IMG/VR virus record: IMGVR_UViG_3300025151_000016
Source: a virus
Direction: 5' to 3' (one strand)
Length of the DNA stretch: 64,000 nucleotides
Shown: one piece after another, positions 9,074-17,162 of the stretch
Layout: each line of letters starts with the position of its first letter
Numbering within the stretch: position 1 is the first letter of the stretch
Made by a program: the position numbers and the translations under genes
The notes under the pieces: generated by a model
The model's input: only the letters and a program-made list of their open reading frames with translations
What the model was told of the DNA's origin: nothing
The model's database searches: none

Positions 9074-9209
9074 GGTACCACTTTTCTGTTGCTAAGCAAG
9101 TGGCCAGCTCCCTGTGATTATGCAGCTAGTGCAAATCCAGAAGGTGCAAAGTTATCGTTTGCATTTATGTTTTATAGACTCAAATACCAGTCAATCCTAT
9201 TTCACCCCC
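9074..9209 (-). ncRNA. ssrA: tmRNA coding piece (permuted two-piece, alphaproteobacterial type); tag (A)ANDNFAPSGFALAA*
   Basis: 5' GGGGGTGAAATAGGATTGAC at 9209; tag frame 9162..9118; 3' helix GGCCACTT/AAGTGGTACC around GCAACAG; 3' end approximate. Confidence 0.9.
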
Positions 9210-9220
9210 ACAAAACCACA

Positions 9221-9412
9221 CTACTTGGAATCTAAAACTTCTTTGCATTTACCTGATGCATAAGTTTCGAACCAACGAGGAACAAAGGCATGTATGAAGC
9301 AAGCATATGCTGCTTTTTCCAACTGCCATGAAATCCACAAAGCTCGTTTGAAATGTTGCCAGCGTGTCATGCCAGCTTCTTCTACGTGTGATTTACATTT
9401 CTTACTAATCAT
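9221..9412 (-). CDS. DUF6356-like 63-aa protein inside the tmRNA intervening segment
   Basis: TAAGGA RBS then ATG at 9412: MISKKCKSHVEEAGMTRWQHFKRAL...CFIHAFVPRWFETYAS. Confidence 0.75.
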   Translation of the reverse strand: MISKKCKSHVEEAGMTRWQHFKRALWISWQLEKAAYACFIHAFVPRWFETYASGKCKEVLDSK

Positions 9413-9432
9413 GTTTTTCCTTAATGTGTTTT

Positions 9433-9486
9433 TGGTGGAGGTGCTGGGTTCTGCCCCCAGGTCCTGTATATCCTCTAACATCTATG
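9433..9486 (-). ncRNA. ssrA: tmRNA acceptor piece (T-arm plus 3' acceptor strand ending ACCA)
   Basis: GAC-CTGGG-GGCAGAA-CCCAG-CACCTCC-ACCA; CACCTCC pairs with GGGGGTG giving the G3.U70 alanine identity; 5' end approximate. Confidence 0.9.
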
Positions 9487-9491
9487 AGGTT

Positions 9492-9520
9492 ATTTAACCA
9501 TATATCCCAGAGAAAGTAAA
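9492..9520 (-). promoter_or_regulatory. Putative early-type promoter of the tmRNA unit
   Basis: TTTACT at 9515-9520, 17 bp spacer, TTAAAT. Confidence 0.5.
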
Positions 9521-9589
9521 TGGCTTTTCACGATATTCCTTGACCGTGATATAATTATCACTATACCATTAACATCGTATACGATGAAT

Positions 9590-9967
9590 TTACTCTTCTT
9601 CTTGAGTATCGTGAATGTATAATTGGATAAGGGCATAATGCAATACCTTCATCAAATCTTTACGAGCATCAGCGTGACTTCCTTTTTTGCCATATCGCTG
9701 AGCATACTTAAGAACATTACCGATACAGAAACCAGTGCCGTGGCCTCCATCAATAATGAATTCAGTTGCTTGAAACTTATCTTTAGCATAGTGCTGTTCA
9801 TATGTCCCATCAATATAATTCTTAAACTCTTCAATTAAATTGCCTTCATTAAATTTATAATCAATCATGTCGTAGTTATTTAAATCCAAGGTAATAGGTC
9901 CTATCGTATCAATTTCAATTGTTGAATTTTTATTAGCGAATTCGACTACGTTGTCGTCTTTTGCCAT
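9590..9967 (-). CDS. DUF3310-family (nucleotide-kinase-associated) protein
   Basis: TYEQHY...GFCIGNVLKYAQRYGKKG...DLMKVLHY motif. Confidence 0.8.
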   Translation of the reverse strand: MAKDDNVVEFANKNSTIEIDTIGPITLDLNNYDMIDYKFNEGNLIEEFKNYIDGTYEQHYAKDKFQATEFIIDGGHGTGFCIGNVLKYAQRYGKKGSHADARKDLMKVLHYALIQLYIHDTQEEE

Positions 9968-10121
9968 ATCCAAGTCTCCTCATAATTTTCATTCGTTCGT
10001 TGTAATGCATTCTCGGCCACTTACTTATTTCTTCTTGAGTTCTACCACAACCAACACATTCTTTTGTTTTTCTATCAATTCGACATATCTGTACGCATGG
10101 TGTTACGTACATCAATCCCAC
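9933..10121 (-). CDS. DUF1289-family Cys-rich protein
   Basis: TPCVQIC...CVGCGRTQEEISKW motif. Confidence 0.85.
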   Translation of the reverse strand: MGLMYVTPCVQICRIDRKTKECVGCGRTQEEISKWPRMHYNERMKIMRRLGYGKRRQRSRIR

Positions 10122-10597
10122 CTACCAGTCCAGACATAAAAGACATGTAGTCCAATAATCTTACTTACGCTCAAAGATTTTTCTTTATTCCAAAACGGAT
10201 CTACATAATTAGCGTGATAGAATGTAGCTCCATGTGATGGATCTACAGTGTTACCAATTATAACGTCACGTGCTATAACCATAGCTCTATCCCAAGCACG
10301 TTTTTCTCGAGGCGTATGGTCCTTTACAAGGAACGTCCAACTGAATTGTTTGTACTGATAAACAACATCACATATATTATCAGGAAAATGCGCGTGATTA
10401 ACACGATTCATAGTTACGTGTGCCACAGCAATTTGTCCTTCTATCCTTTCGCTTCTTGCTTCATGATAGACGTTCATTGCCAGACAGTTTTGCTGTTTTG
10501 GATCTACTTCAGGTAGACCAAGCATAGCGATGCTAAATAAGCCTGCTGTTATACTCATAGTGATTAACCCACTTGTTATAGAAATAAATCTGTTCAT
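10112..10597 (-). CDS. Cell wall hydrolase, SleB/CwlJ (Hydrolase_2) family, with N-terminal TM
   Basis: CLAMNVYHEARSE, VAHVTMNRV, ICDVVYQ..QFSW, GATFYHA and IGLHVFY motifs. Confidence 0.9.
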   Translation of the reverse strand: MNRFISITSGLITMSITAGLFSIAMLGLPEVDPKQQNCLAMNVYHEARSERIEGQIAVAHVTMNRVNHAHFPDNICDVVYQYKQFSWTFLVKDHTPREKRAWDRAMVIARDVIIGNTVDPSHGATFYHANYVDPFWNKEKSLSVSKIIGLHVFYVWTGRWD

Positions 10598-10637
10598 TAG
10601 TATTTATTATAGCTCGTATTCCTCTTTTTCATGTACC

Positions 10638-10697
10638 ATTCTATACTATTCTTTCGCAAATGTAAAGGAAAAAGTTTTGTTTGTTTTCAATAAGATA
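10638..10697 (-). promoter_or_regulatory. Early promoter TTTACA-17-TAGAAT with upstream IHF-like site
   Basis: -10 at 10638-10643, -35 at 10661-10666, TTTCAA-TAAG-ATA at 10685-10697. Confidence 0.75.
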
Positions 10698-10705
10698 CGT
10701 TTTTT

Positions 10706-10713
10706 TATAAATA
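10706..10713 (+). promoter_or_regulatory. T4 late promoter TATAAATA (plus strand)
   Basis: Exact consensus 20 nt upstream of 10733. Confidence 0.75.
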
Positions 10714-10732
10714 GTTACGAAGGGAAACTGCT

Positions 10733-11215
10733 ATGATAGATCCAATAAGCGCGATCGGAATGGCGACAGCCGCGTATAATGGCATTAAAAAAGCTGTTAG
10801 TACGGGTAAAGAGTTGCATGATATGGCGGGTACGCTGCAGAAATGGGCTACATCTATGTCTGACTTAGATTTTGCTCATAAGCAGGCTCAGAATCCTCCA
10901 ATGTTTAAAAAAATGTTTGGCGCAAGTCAAATAGAACAAAACGCATTAGAAGTATGGGGCCATAAGCAAAAGGCTAAAGAAATGCGTGAGGAAATGAAAA
11001 CACATATTAGTTTTTATTATGGACCATCTGCTTGGGATGAGATTGTTCGTATAGAAGGTGATATGAGAAAGAAACGTAAAGAAGCTGTGTATGCAGCCGA
11101 AGAGCGTAAACAGTTAATATTAGAATGGTTAGTAGGAATCATTGTAGGTGCGGCTGTTCTTGGCATCATGATTTTAATAATCTGGATTATAGGTTCAACA
11201 CAAGGGAAATGGTAA
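10733..11215 (+). CDS. Late membrane protein with C-terminal TM helix
   Basis: MIDPISAIGMATAAY N-terminus, coiled coil, C-terminal TM; own late promoter. Confidence 0.8.
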   Translation: MIDPISAIGMATAAYNGIKKAVSTGKELHDMAGTLQKWATSMSDLDFAHKQAQNPPMFKKMFGASQIEQNALEVWGHKQKAKEMREEMKTHISFYYGPSAWDEIVRIEGDMRKKRKEAVYAAEERKQLILEWLVGIIVGAAVLGIMILIIWIIGSTQGKW

Positions 11216-11395
11216 ATGTGGGTATTGCTATGGGTACAGTTAATGGCAACACAAAATGTAAATCACTTTCATATTGGTAATTATTCAAAAGAAGTAGACT
11301 GCCAGTCGGCTATGAGTGCCGCTGCTGTTTTAGTTACTAGTAAAAATGAAAGCGTTGCTTGCTTGTACGTAGATATTAATGACATTAGAAATTAG
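11216..11395 (+). CDS. Small exported/membrane protein (59 aa, two Cys)
   Basis: Read by hand: MWVLLWVQLMATQNVNHFHIGNYSKEVDCQSAMSAAAVLVTSKNESVACLYVDINDIRN; starts right after the upstream stop. Confidence 0.7.
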   Translation: MWVLLWVQLMATQNVNHFHIGNYSKEVDCQSAMSAAAVLVTSKNESVACLYVDINDIRN

Positions 11396-12579
11396 ATAAA
11401 AGCTTCCAAAGTATTAGGAGCCTTTTCAATATTGTATGATCGAGTCTTGTTATCTTGCAAGACATACTCTGCTTCGATCATTTGCAAGTCACCACCTAAA
11501 AATCTTTTTACATTTTCTGCCATGTCCATTGCTGTCGTAACAGGCACGTTCTGACATATCATATTTAAGTTCTTTAGTCCTCCTTGTAATATAAAGTCTT
11601 TTGGCATCTTCATTATATCCAATGCTTCGCGAGTATTGATATAACGATCTTCATCGGGGTGGCATAAGGTATGAGGGAAGTGACCAACGAAAGCACCAAT
11701 ACGATCTTTTCCTATCTCAGTCATCTTTCTCATTATATTTCCACCAGCCGATAACTTATCAAACATATAGTTACACTTCTCAGAAAGCTTCTGGTGACCC
11801 CTTTCTGCCATCCAAACGCCCACATCCTTATAAGATACACCTTTATCTTCAATATAGTGTAAAGGATTAGTTGTCTTTTCAATTAGTTGAAAGAACTCAG
11901 GATGAGTAATTCCACCATGCATTTCTTCTAGTACGTATTGATAGTAAGGATTGTCCGAAGGTTTCTGTTTGCTATTCACCTGTTCAAACATTGGATCTGG
12001 TTCGTTTGTAGCAGATGAACGAATCTGATCTTCGATCTTAGTGTATGGTCGATTGTAATACGATAAGATTGGTACAGAGTTTCCTTTCCAAAAGAAATAG
12101 AATGATCTATCTCTAACCTGGCTTAATCCGTGGAGGATTGATTTGGTTTTGTAGATGGAGAAGACGTAACCGTTTCTTCTTCCGATTTCTCTAAGTTTTG
12201 CCACAACTGGTTCTCCCATTCGACTAGCGAGCCGTGGAGCATTTTCACCCCAGAACACAGTTGGTTGGATGGATTCGAGCACATACTCGGCAGACTTGAC
12301 CATCCAATCATTAGTATTACTATCACCGCTGCTAGTAGGACTAAGTGAAGAAAGCCCCGCACAAGGGCAGACAGTATTGACCACATCCACTCTGCTAGGA
12401 GCAGTGTCCCCTTTATCAAGCAGTAGATAAGGAATATTATTATTATAATAGTTAAGAAGTTGGCTATCATTTGCTGTAAAATCCGTGTAAGAGAGGATGT
12501 ATTCGGGTCGTTTCCCGAATACGTTTTCCATTGCTATTGTTTCACCTCCTATGAGAGGAACAATACTTGCATAATTCAT
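11392..12579 (-). CDS. Atypical DNA cytosine-C5 methyltransferase-like protein
   Basis: Motif IV CPCAGLS, VI WGENAP, VIII QVRDRSF, IX/X RYINTRE...QNVP; motif I degenerate (IVPLIGG); start MNYAS at 12579. Confidence 0.8.
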   Translation of the reverse strand: MNYASIVPLIGGETIAMENVFGKRPEYILSYTDFTANDSQLLNYYNNNIPYLLLDKGDTAPSRVDVVNTVCPCAGLSSLSPTSSGDSNTNDWMVKSAEYVLESIQPTVFWGENAPRLASRMGEPVVAKLREIGRRNGYVFSIYKTKSILHGLSQVRDRSFYFFWKGNSVPILSYYNRPYTKIEDQIRSSATNEPDPMFEQVNSKQKPSDNPYYQYVLEEMHGGITHPEFFQLIEKTTNPLHYIEDKGVSYKDVGVWMAERGHQKLSEKCNYMFDKLSAGGNIMRKMTEIGKDRIGAFVGHFPHTLCHPDEDRYINTREALDIMKMPKDFILQGGLKNLNMICQNVPVTTAMDMAENVKRFLGGDLQMIEAEYVLQDNKTRSYNIEKAPNTLEAFI

Positions 12580-13532
12580 TAATTCACCTTGTAATAATCT
12601 TTGTACCAAGTGACAAATTTTTCCACGCCATCAGCAATAGGTGTTGTTGGATTATAACCTAATTTCTGGAGTTTAGTCGTATCTGACCATGTGGCTGGAG
12701 TATCTGCCGGATGTGCTTCACAAGGATTACGTATTGCTGTGCGACCAAGGTTCTTTTCAATATGATCTACAAAATCAAGTAACTCTACTTGTTGTCCATA
12801 TCCGATATTATATATCTCATGATAACTATCACTATCTGTGACAACTTTATCTATCACTAGGCTTATGCCATGAACAATATCTTCAACGTAAGTAAAGTCA
12901 CGTTTCATATCACCAAAGTTATATAAGTCAATTGGTTTACCTTTTATAATATTATCAGTAAACTTAAACAGCGCCATGTCAGGTCTTCCATAAGGACCAT
13001 ACACAGTAAAGAATCGTAAGCCAGCGGTACGTTTAATTTTTGAATGACCAAACTGACATTCGTTTACTTTTTTAGACCAGCCATAAGGGTTGTTTTGATT
13101 TTCAGGTTTATCAACTTCATTCCAAGGTAACGGCTGTCCATGCATTACACATGATGATGAAGCATATACTACAGGAATATTGAGTCCTTCGACTTCCAAT
13201 GCTTCGACGATACGCTGTGTACCAGTAATGTTTGTGTCAATATAGTGCTGTGGTTCGTCCATAGCGTGACGTGGATTTGCATATGCTGCAAGGTGTAAGA
13301 CTACGTCCACGTCATCAAATAATTTCTTATCAGGATGAATGTCTTGAATATCGAGTTGTAACGTATCAACTCCATAGTCTTCTCTTAATATTCTTGCTCT
13401 TTCTCTTTTTAGTTCTACATCGTAGTAGTCATTAAAATTATCTACTCCTACTACTTGGTGTCCTCTTGCTGCATAGTATATTGCAGAGTGGAAGCCTATC
13501 ATGCCGGCTTGGCCTGTGATAAATATTTTCAT
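12579..13532 (-). CDS. NAD-dependent epimerase, UDP-glucuronate 4-epimerase type
   Basis: ITGQAGMIG, DNFNDYYDVELK, YGWSK (YxxxK), LRFFTVYGPYGRPDMA, RDFTYVEDI. Confidence 0.85.
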   Translation of the reverse strand: MKIFITGQAGMIGFHSAIYYAARGHQVVGVDNFNDYYDVELKRERARILREDYGVDTLQLDIQDIHPDKKLFDDVDVVLHLAAYANPRHAMDEPQHYIDTNITGTQRIVEALEVEGLNIPVVYASSSCVMHGQPLPWNEVDKPENQNNPYGWSKKVNECQFGHSKIKRTAGLRFFTVYGPYGRPDMALFKFTDNIIKGKPIDLYNFGDMKRDFTYVEDIVHGISLVIDKVVTDSDSYHEIYNIGYGQQVELLDFVDHIEKNLGRTAIRNPCEAHPADTPATWSDTTKLQKLGYNPTTPIADGVEKFVTWYKDYYKVN

Positions 13533-14776
13533 ACGAAAAATTCCTCGAGTCCTTGTGGTTGGTTGCTAGTAGTGTTCAAAGCGAGATCGATAATTTCTTT
13601 CACAACCATTTCTCCATCGGAGTGTTGCTTCCAAAATTCAAACGCCATCTCTCTCCAATCATCTCTCATCGCAGGATCATTTTTAAGTTTGACCATTTGG
13701 TCGCGGCACTCATTAAAGTTAGTATAGTCAACGCCTAGAGTGCCAGAGTTTTGACATTGACTAATTGGTTTACCTTGTACAGGATGAATTACATTATCAC
13801 AAAAGTGTTTGTGAAATAACGGTACTGTACCTGAAGCTATACATTCGGCGTGGCAATTTTCTATATTGTTACCATAGTGTTCTGCTTTTAAAAAGTATAA
13901 GTCAGAACCAAATGCTGACCGTGACATACGATCCATAGCTTCTGAGTTTATATATTGTGGATAAAGGTATGCACCTTTGCCTTCAACTTCTTTGCCATAC
14001 AAATCAGGTGTAAACTTAACTTCATTAAATTGTTTCTCAGGTCTGAAATGATTTTCTACAATTCTACGATCTGTAGGATTGTCTGATTTATTATCACGAT
14101 ATAAGACTAAAGGATATTGTATAGAAGCTTCTAGTCCTTCCAACACAGTGATAAATCCTTGTTCCATCAAAGCATCTTGATGGAAGTCAATCATAACACT
14201 TGGTCCTTTCCACATAGCAGTACGGCCAATCCATCTTACCATGTTGTGTTGTTGTTCTTCAATAGGACGCCAGTACTTTGCACGGTGTCCATCATAATCA
14301 AAGCCAAGTCCCATCTTTGTAAGTGGAGTTTCAATCTTGTTTTTTCTCATAAACTTACAGAAATCATTTTCCATACTATGAGTCATAATAACATCTACAT
14401 TTTCGCATACTTCTTTTAAGTTAGCATTACGTGCAATGGATGCTGCTTTATGATCTACGTTAATAAACGCTTTACGAATATTAATATGTTTAAGAAACGG
14501 AATAAAATTATCCTGGCATTCTTGAGGATGACTCTTTGAAGGTACTGAATATATGATACACAAATCAAAATATTCATTAATCCAATTGGCATTTATCTCC
14601 CATTCATTTGCCATTGAGAATTCTTTTTGCTTTATATCTAATCCTTTGGCTCTACCCCATTTTTTATCAGTAGCAGATAAGATATGAGCACCCGTTACTT
14701 TTTGCATTTGTATTGCACACTGTGTAACACCGCAACCTTCAGTGCCGCGACCAAGGACAATTGCAATTCTAGTCAT
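13529..14776 (-). CDS. DNA alpha-glucosyltransferase-like glycosyltransferase (T4 a-gt homolog)
   Basis: N-terminus RIAIVLGRGTEGCGVT resembles the T4 AGT start (MARGLEGCGVT); also HDH-like VDH, IGRTAMWKG and E..HAECIASGTVP. Confidence 0.8.
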   Translation of the reverse strand: MTRIAIVLGRGTEGCGVTQCAIQMQKVTGAHILSATDKKWGRAKGLDIKQKEFSMANEWEINANWINEYFDLCIIYSVPSKSHPQECQDNFIPFLKHINIRKAFINVDHKAASIARNANLKEVCENVDVIMTHSMENDFCKFMRKNKIETPLTKMGLGFDYDGHRAKYWRPIEEQQHNMVRWIGRTAMWKGPSVMIDFHQDALMEQGFITVLEGLEASIQYPLVLYRDNKSDNPTDRRIVENHFRPEKQFNEVKFTPDLYGKEVEGKGAYLYPQYINSEAMDRMSRSAFGSDLYFLKAEHYGNNIENCHAECIASGTVPLFHKHFCDNVIHPVQGKPISQCQNSGTLGVDYTNFNECRDQMVKLKNDPAMRDDWREMAFEFWKQHSDGEMVVKEIIDLALNTTSNQPQGLEEFFV

Positions 14777-15152
14777 TAATAAATTCCTTACATTCAATTA
14801 AAACATTATGTACGTATTTATGATCGTTTAACTTACGATTTCTAGGGGAAGGATGTGGTAAGACAAAGTGATCTTCGAAACCAAGACGTTTCAAATAGCT
14901 CGATACCATTGAACCCCATACAACTATCTTATCATAGTTTTTAAGACTTGTACATAATAAAGTGTGATCAAAAGTCTTAAATTTAAAATCCCATTCAGGA
15001 TCAAATGATAAGTTAGTGAAGGAGACATGTGTGAGGTCCAGTTGATCTAACCAGCTATGAAATCTTTTGTACGCAGATCCCTTTGCCTTACTCACTGCTA
15101 CCTTTGAAGGATTCATTCCAACAAAGATAATTCTAGACCGAAACGAATTCAT
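14769..15152 (-). CDS. Uracil-DNA-glycosylase-superfamily protein
   Basis: IIFVGMNPS (motif A) and LPHPSPRN (motif B). Confidence 0.7.
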   Translation of the reverse strand: MNSFRSRIIFVGMNPSKVAVSKAKGSAYKRFHSWLDQLDLTHVSFTNLSFDPEWDFKFKTFDHTLLCTSLKNYDKIVVWGSMVSSYLKRLGFEDHFVLPHPSPRNRKLNDHKYVHNVLIECKEFIND

Positions 15153-15600
15153 ATTCAATTCCAGCTTCTTCAAACATAGCTGAAGTTAAAGCAAATGATT
15201 CAACCCAATGCTCAGGTATTTCCTGATTAGGCATAACCACACGTTTAACACCAACTTGAATTACGCCTTTAGCGCAATCAGAACAAACAGGTAAACCCCA
15301 CACGTATAATGTAGATCCATCAAGTGATACACCATTATATGTAGCGTTGTATATTACATTCTGTTCTGCATGAACAACATACCTGTACTTAATTTTCTTG
15401 ACAGCGTATCTATTCAAATCATCTTTTATACCACGAGGAAAGCCATTGTATCCTTGAGCAAGTACCTGCCCTTTCTTTCCTATAGCAACAGCACCAATCT
15501 TAGATGACGGGTCCTTTGACCAAGTGCTTACTTCCTTTGCTAATCCTAGGTATCTTATATCCCATTTATTTGACAAGGTGAAAGTGCCTTTCATATACAT
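15133..15600 (-). CDS. cd: dCMP deaminase
   Basis: SKDPS..IGA, GYNGFPRG, HAEQN and PVCSDC zinc motifs. Confidence 0.92.
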   Translation of the reverse strand: MYMKGTFTLSNKWDIRYLGLAKEVSTWSKDPSSKIGAVAIGKKGQVLAQGYNGFPRGIKDDLNRYAVKKIKYRYVVHAEQNVIYNATYNGVSLDGSTLYVWGLPVCSDCAKGVIQVGVKRVVMPNQEIPEHWVESFALTSAMFEEAGIEYEFVSV

Positions 15601-16252
15601 GCAAGTTTTGTACTTGCCACATAATCATACCGGGTTGAAGTCCTTCATAGCTGTGGGCATGTCGATCAATTCTGTTTATGTTATCACATAGCAATGAGAG
15701 TACATGCATTTGCCAGGCATAATCATTCTTATAACCAAACACTACATCATTCGAACGCATTTGAACTACAGCGTTAAGTACATCATCACGAATGTAATAG
15801 CTCACAGCGTTTGTACATATGAAATCATTCTTTTCGTTTTCATTGTATTCTAGCCAGACAGAAGGACGATTGTATACCATTGTAGCTCTACGTCCATCAG
15901 GATTTTCAATTAACTCATCAAGGACATGACCATACTGTTGGTGGTACTTATCAGACCAGATAAGATGACCATAGTTTGAATTAATTTCACCGTGTTTATT
16001 TGCTGCGTATTGCCAAGCTTGTGGAACACTTTCACCAATATCATTTACGTTTGTGGATTGACTTTCATACCAATCTAATTCTTCTTGAATATAATCATAG
16101 TTTGGCGAACCAAAGATAGCAGGCTCATCAGCAACAAACGATGCACCAATCAGTTCAATAGTTTTTTGACCGGTTCTATCGATTGTAAATGCTTCATCAT
16201 TGAGTTCACCAATAAAGAACTGGCGAATATCATGTACACTATGTAGTTTCAT
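15566..16252 (-). CDS. gp42: dCMP hydroxymethyltransferase (T4 gp42-like)
   Basis: Thymidylate-synthase fold: INSNYG, DFICTN (catalytic Cys), MRSNDVVFGYKNDYAW with the dCMP-selecting Asp, LHVYERHF. Confidence 0.88.
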   Translation of the reverse strand: MKLHSVHDIRQFFIGELNDEAFTIDRTGQKTIELIGASFVADEPAIFGSPNYDYIQEELDWYESQSTNVNDIGESVPQAWQYAANKHGEINSNYGHLIWSDKYHQQYGHVLDELIENPDGRRATMVYNRPSVWLEYNENEKNDFICTNAVSYYIRDDVLNAVVQMRSNDVVFGYKNDYAWQMHVLSLLCDNINRIDRHAHSYEGLQPGMIMWQVQNLHVYERHFHLVK

Positions 16253-16592
16253 TTTTTACTCGCTTTGGACGATTTAGAAAGTCACGATCAGGATCTTGGC
16301 CATCAATACCATTATTCATATATGCAGCAAAGAATGAAGCATAGTTAATAATATCAATGCATGAATCTTCGAGGCTTTCAAAGTTTGGTTCGTAATTTGG
16401 ATCAGATTCCATTGCTTCGAGTACTGATTGCATGCGTAACACTTTTGCATACATTGTATCAAGAAGAGTTGAACAACCTCTAGGGTAATACATTGCTTGT
16501 TGTATTCTAGAGCTTGGGTTCTGGTAATCATTACCTTTTCTGTTTTGTACTTCTGCAGCTTTCTGCAAAACTTTAAGTGATTCTTTACTCAT
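16239..16592 (-). CDS. Nucleotide-modification-associated domain 1 (DUF1599/Nmad1-like)
   Basis: RKGNDY...KVLR...ESLEDSCIDIINYASF pattern; adjacent to gp42. Confidence 0.75.
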   Translation of the reverse strand: MSKESLKVLQKAAEVQNRKGNDYQNPSSRIQQAMYYPRGCSTLLDTMYAKVLRMQSVLEAMESDPNYEPNFESLEDSCIDIINYASFFAAYMNNGIDGQDPDRDFLNRPKRVKNETT

Positions 16593-17162
16593 TTATCTTG
16601 TACCTCTACCACGTATTTCACGGTTAACCTTAGGGCGAAAATGCTTGATGGAAGCACCTTCAATATACTCAGCCATGCCATCAATATTGAATTGACTAGT
16701 ATTAATATATTTTATAACAATTTCTAAAGATTGTAAACCATTTTCTGTGAGAAACTCTCTAAATTTTCTACCAGATGATTCACTAATTACACTATCATCT
16801 AGAAAACTTCTTAGATGATTACCTTGGCGGCTATTGATGCTTGCAGATGGAGCGTCTGTTTTACCAATATAAAGTGTATAAGGTCCTAATGTAACAAACC
16901 AACCGTATACACCTTTTGCTTTGCTTGCTGCAAAAGGAGCCGGTCCTCTTTGACCAGGAATTCTTTCAAGCTTCTTAGGAACTTCTAAAAATTCATAATC
17001 AAAATCTACATATGGAAGAGATTTGCCGGCAAAATCTGGTAGATCTCTTGGAGGCATATTCTTTTTATGTAAACGTATTTTTCCATAAACTTCAGCCTCA
17101 TCCCATAATTTTTTAATATCAATCGAACTAAGCATTGATGCTAAATTATTTAATATAGACAT
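16593..17162 (-). CDS. GIY-YIG endonuclease (EndoII/DenA-like)
   Basis: GVYGW...LYIGKT...SRQGNH...IEGASIKHFRPKVN; start MSILNN at 17162 (TAATG). Confidence 0.7.
   Translation of the reverse strand: MSILNNLASMLSSIDIKKLWDEAEVYGKIRLHKKNMPPRDLPDFAGKSLPYVDFDYEFLEVPKKLERIPGQRGPAPFAASKAKGVYGWFVTLGPYTLYIGKTDAPSASINSRQGNHLRSFLDDSVISESSGRKFREFLTENGLQSLEIVIKYINTSQFNIDGMAEYIEGASIKHFRPKVNREIRGRGTR

Noticed and set aside
8765-9235. 156-aa plus-strand ORF
   Set aside because: Antisense shadow of the tmRNA and the membrane-protein gene
9433-9470. tRNA gene (T-arm plus CCA)
   Set aside because: No anticodon or D arm upstream; its pairing partner lies downstream at 9203-9209, so it is a permuted tmRNA piece
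9221-9481. 86-aa ORF as given in the track
   Set aside because: The first 23 codons run through the tmRNA acceptor piece; the RBS-supported start is 9412
15566-16252. Canonical thymidylate synthase thyA
   Set aside because: Has the gp42-type KND Asp and gp42 context, and thyX is present separately
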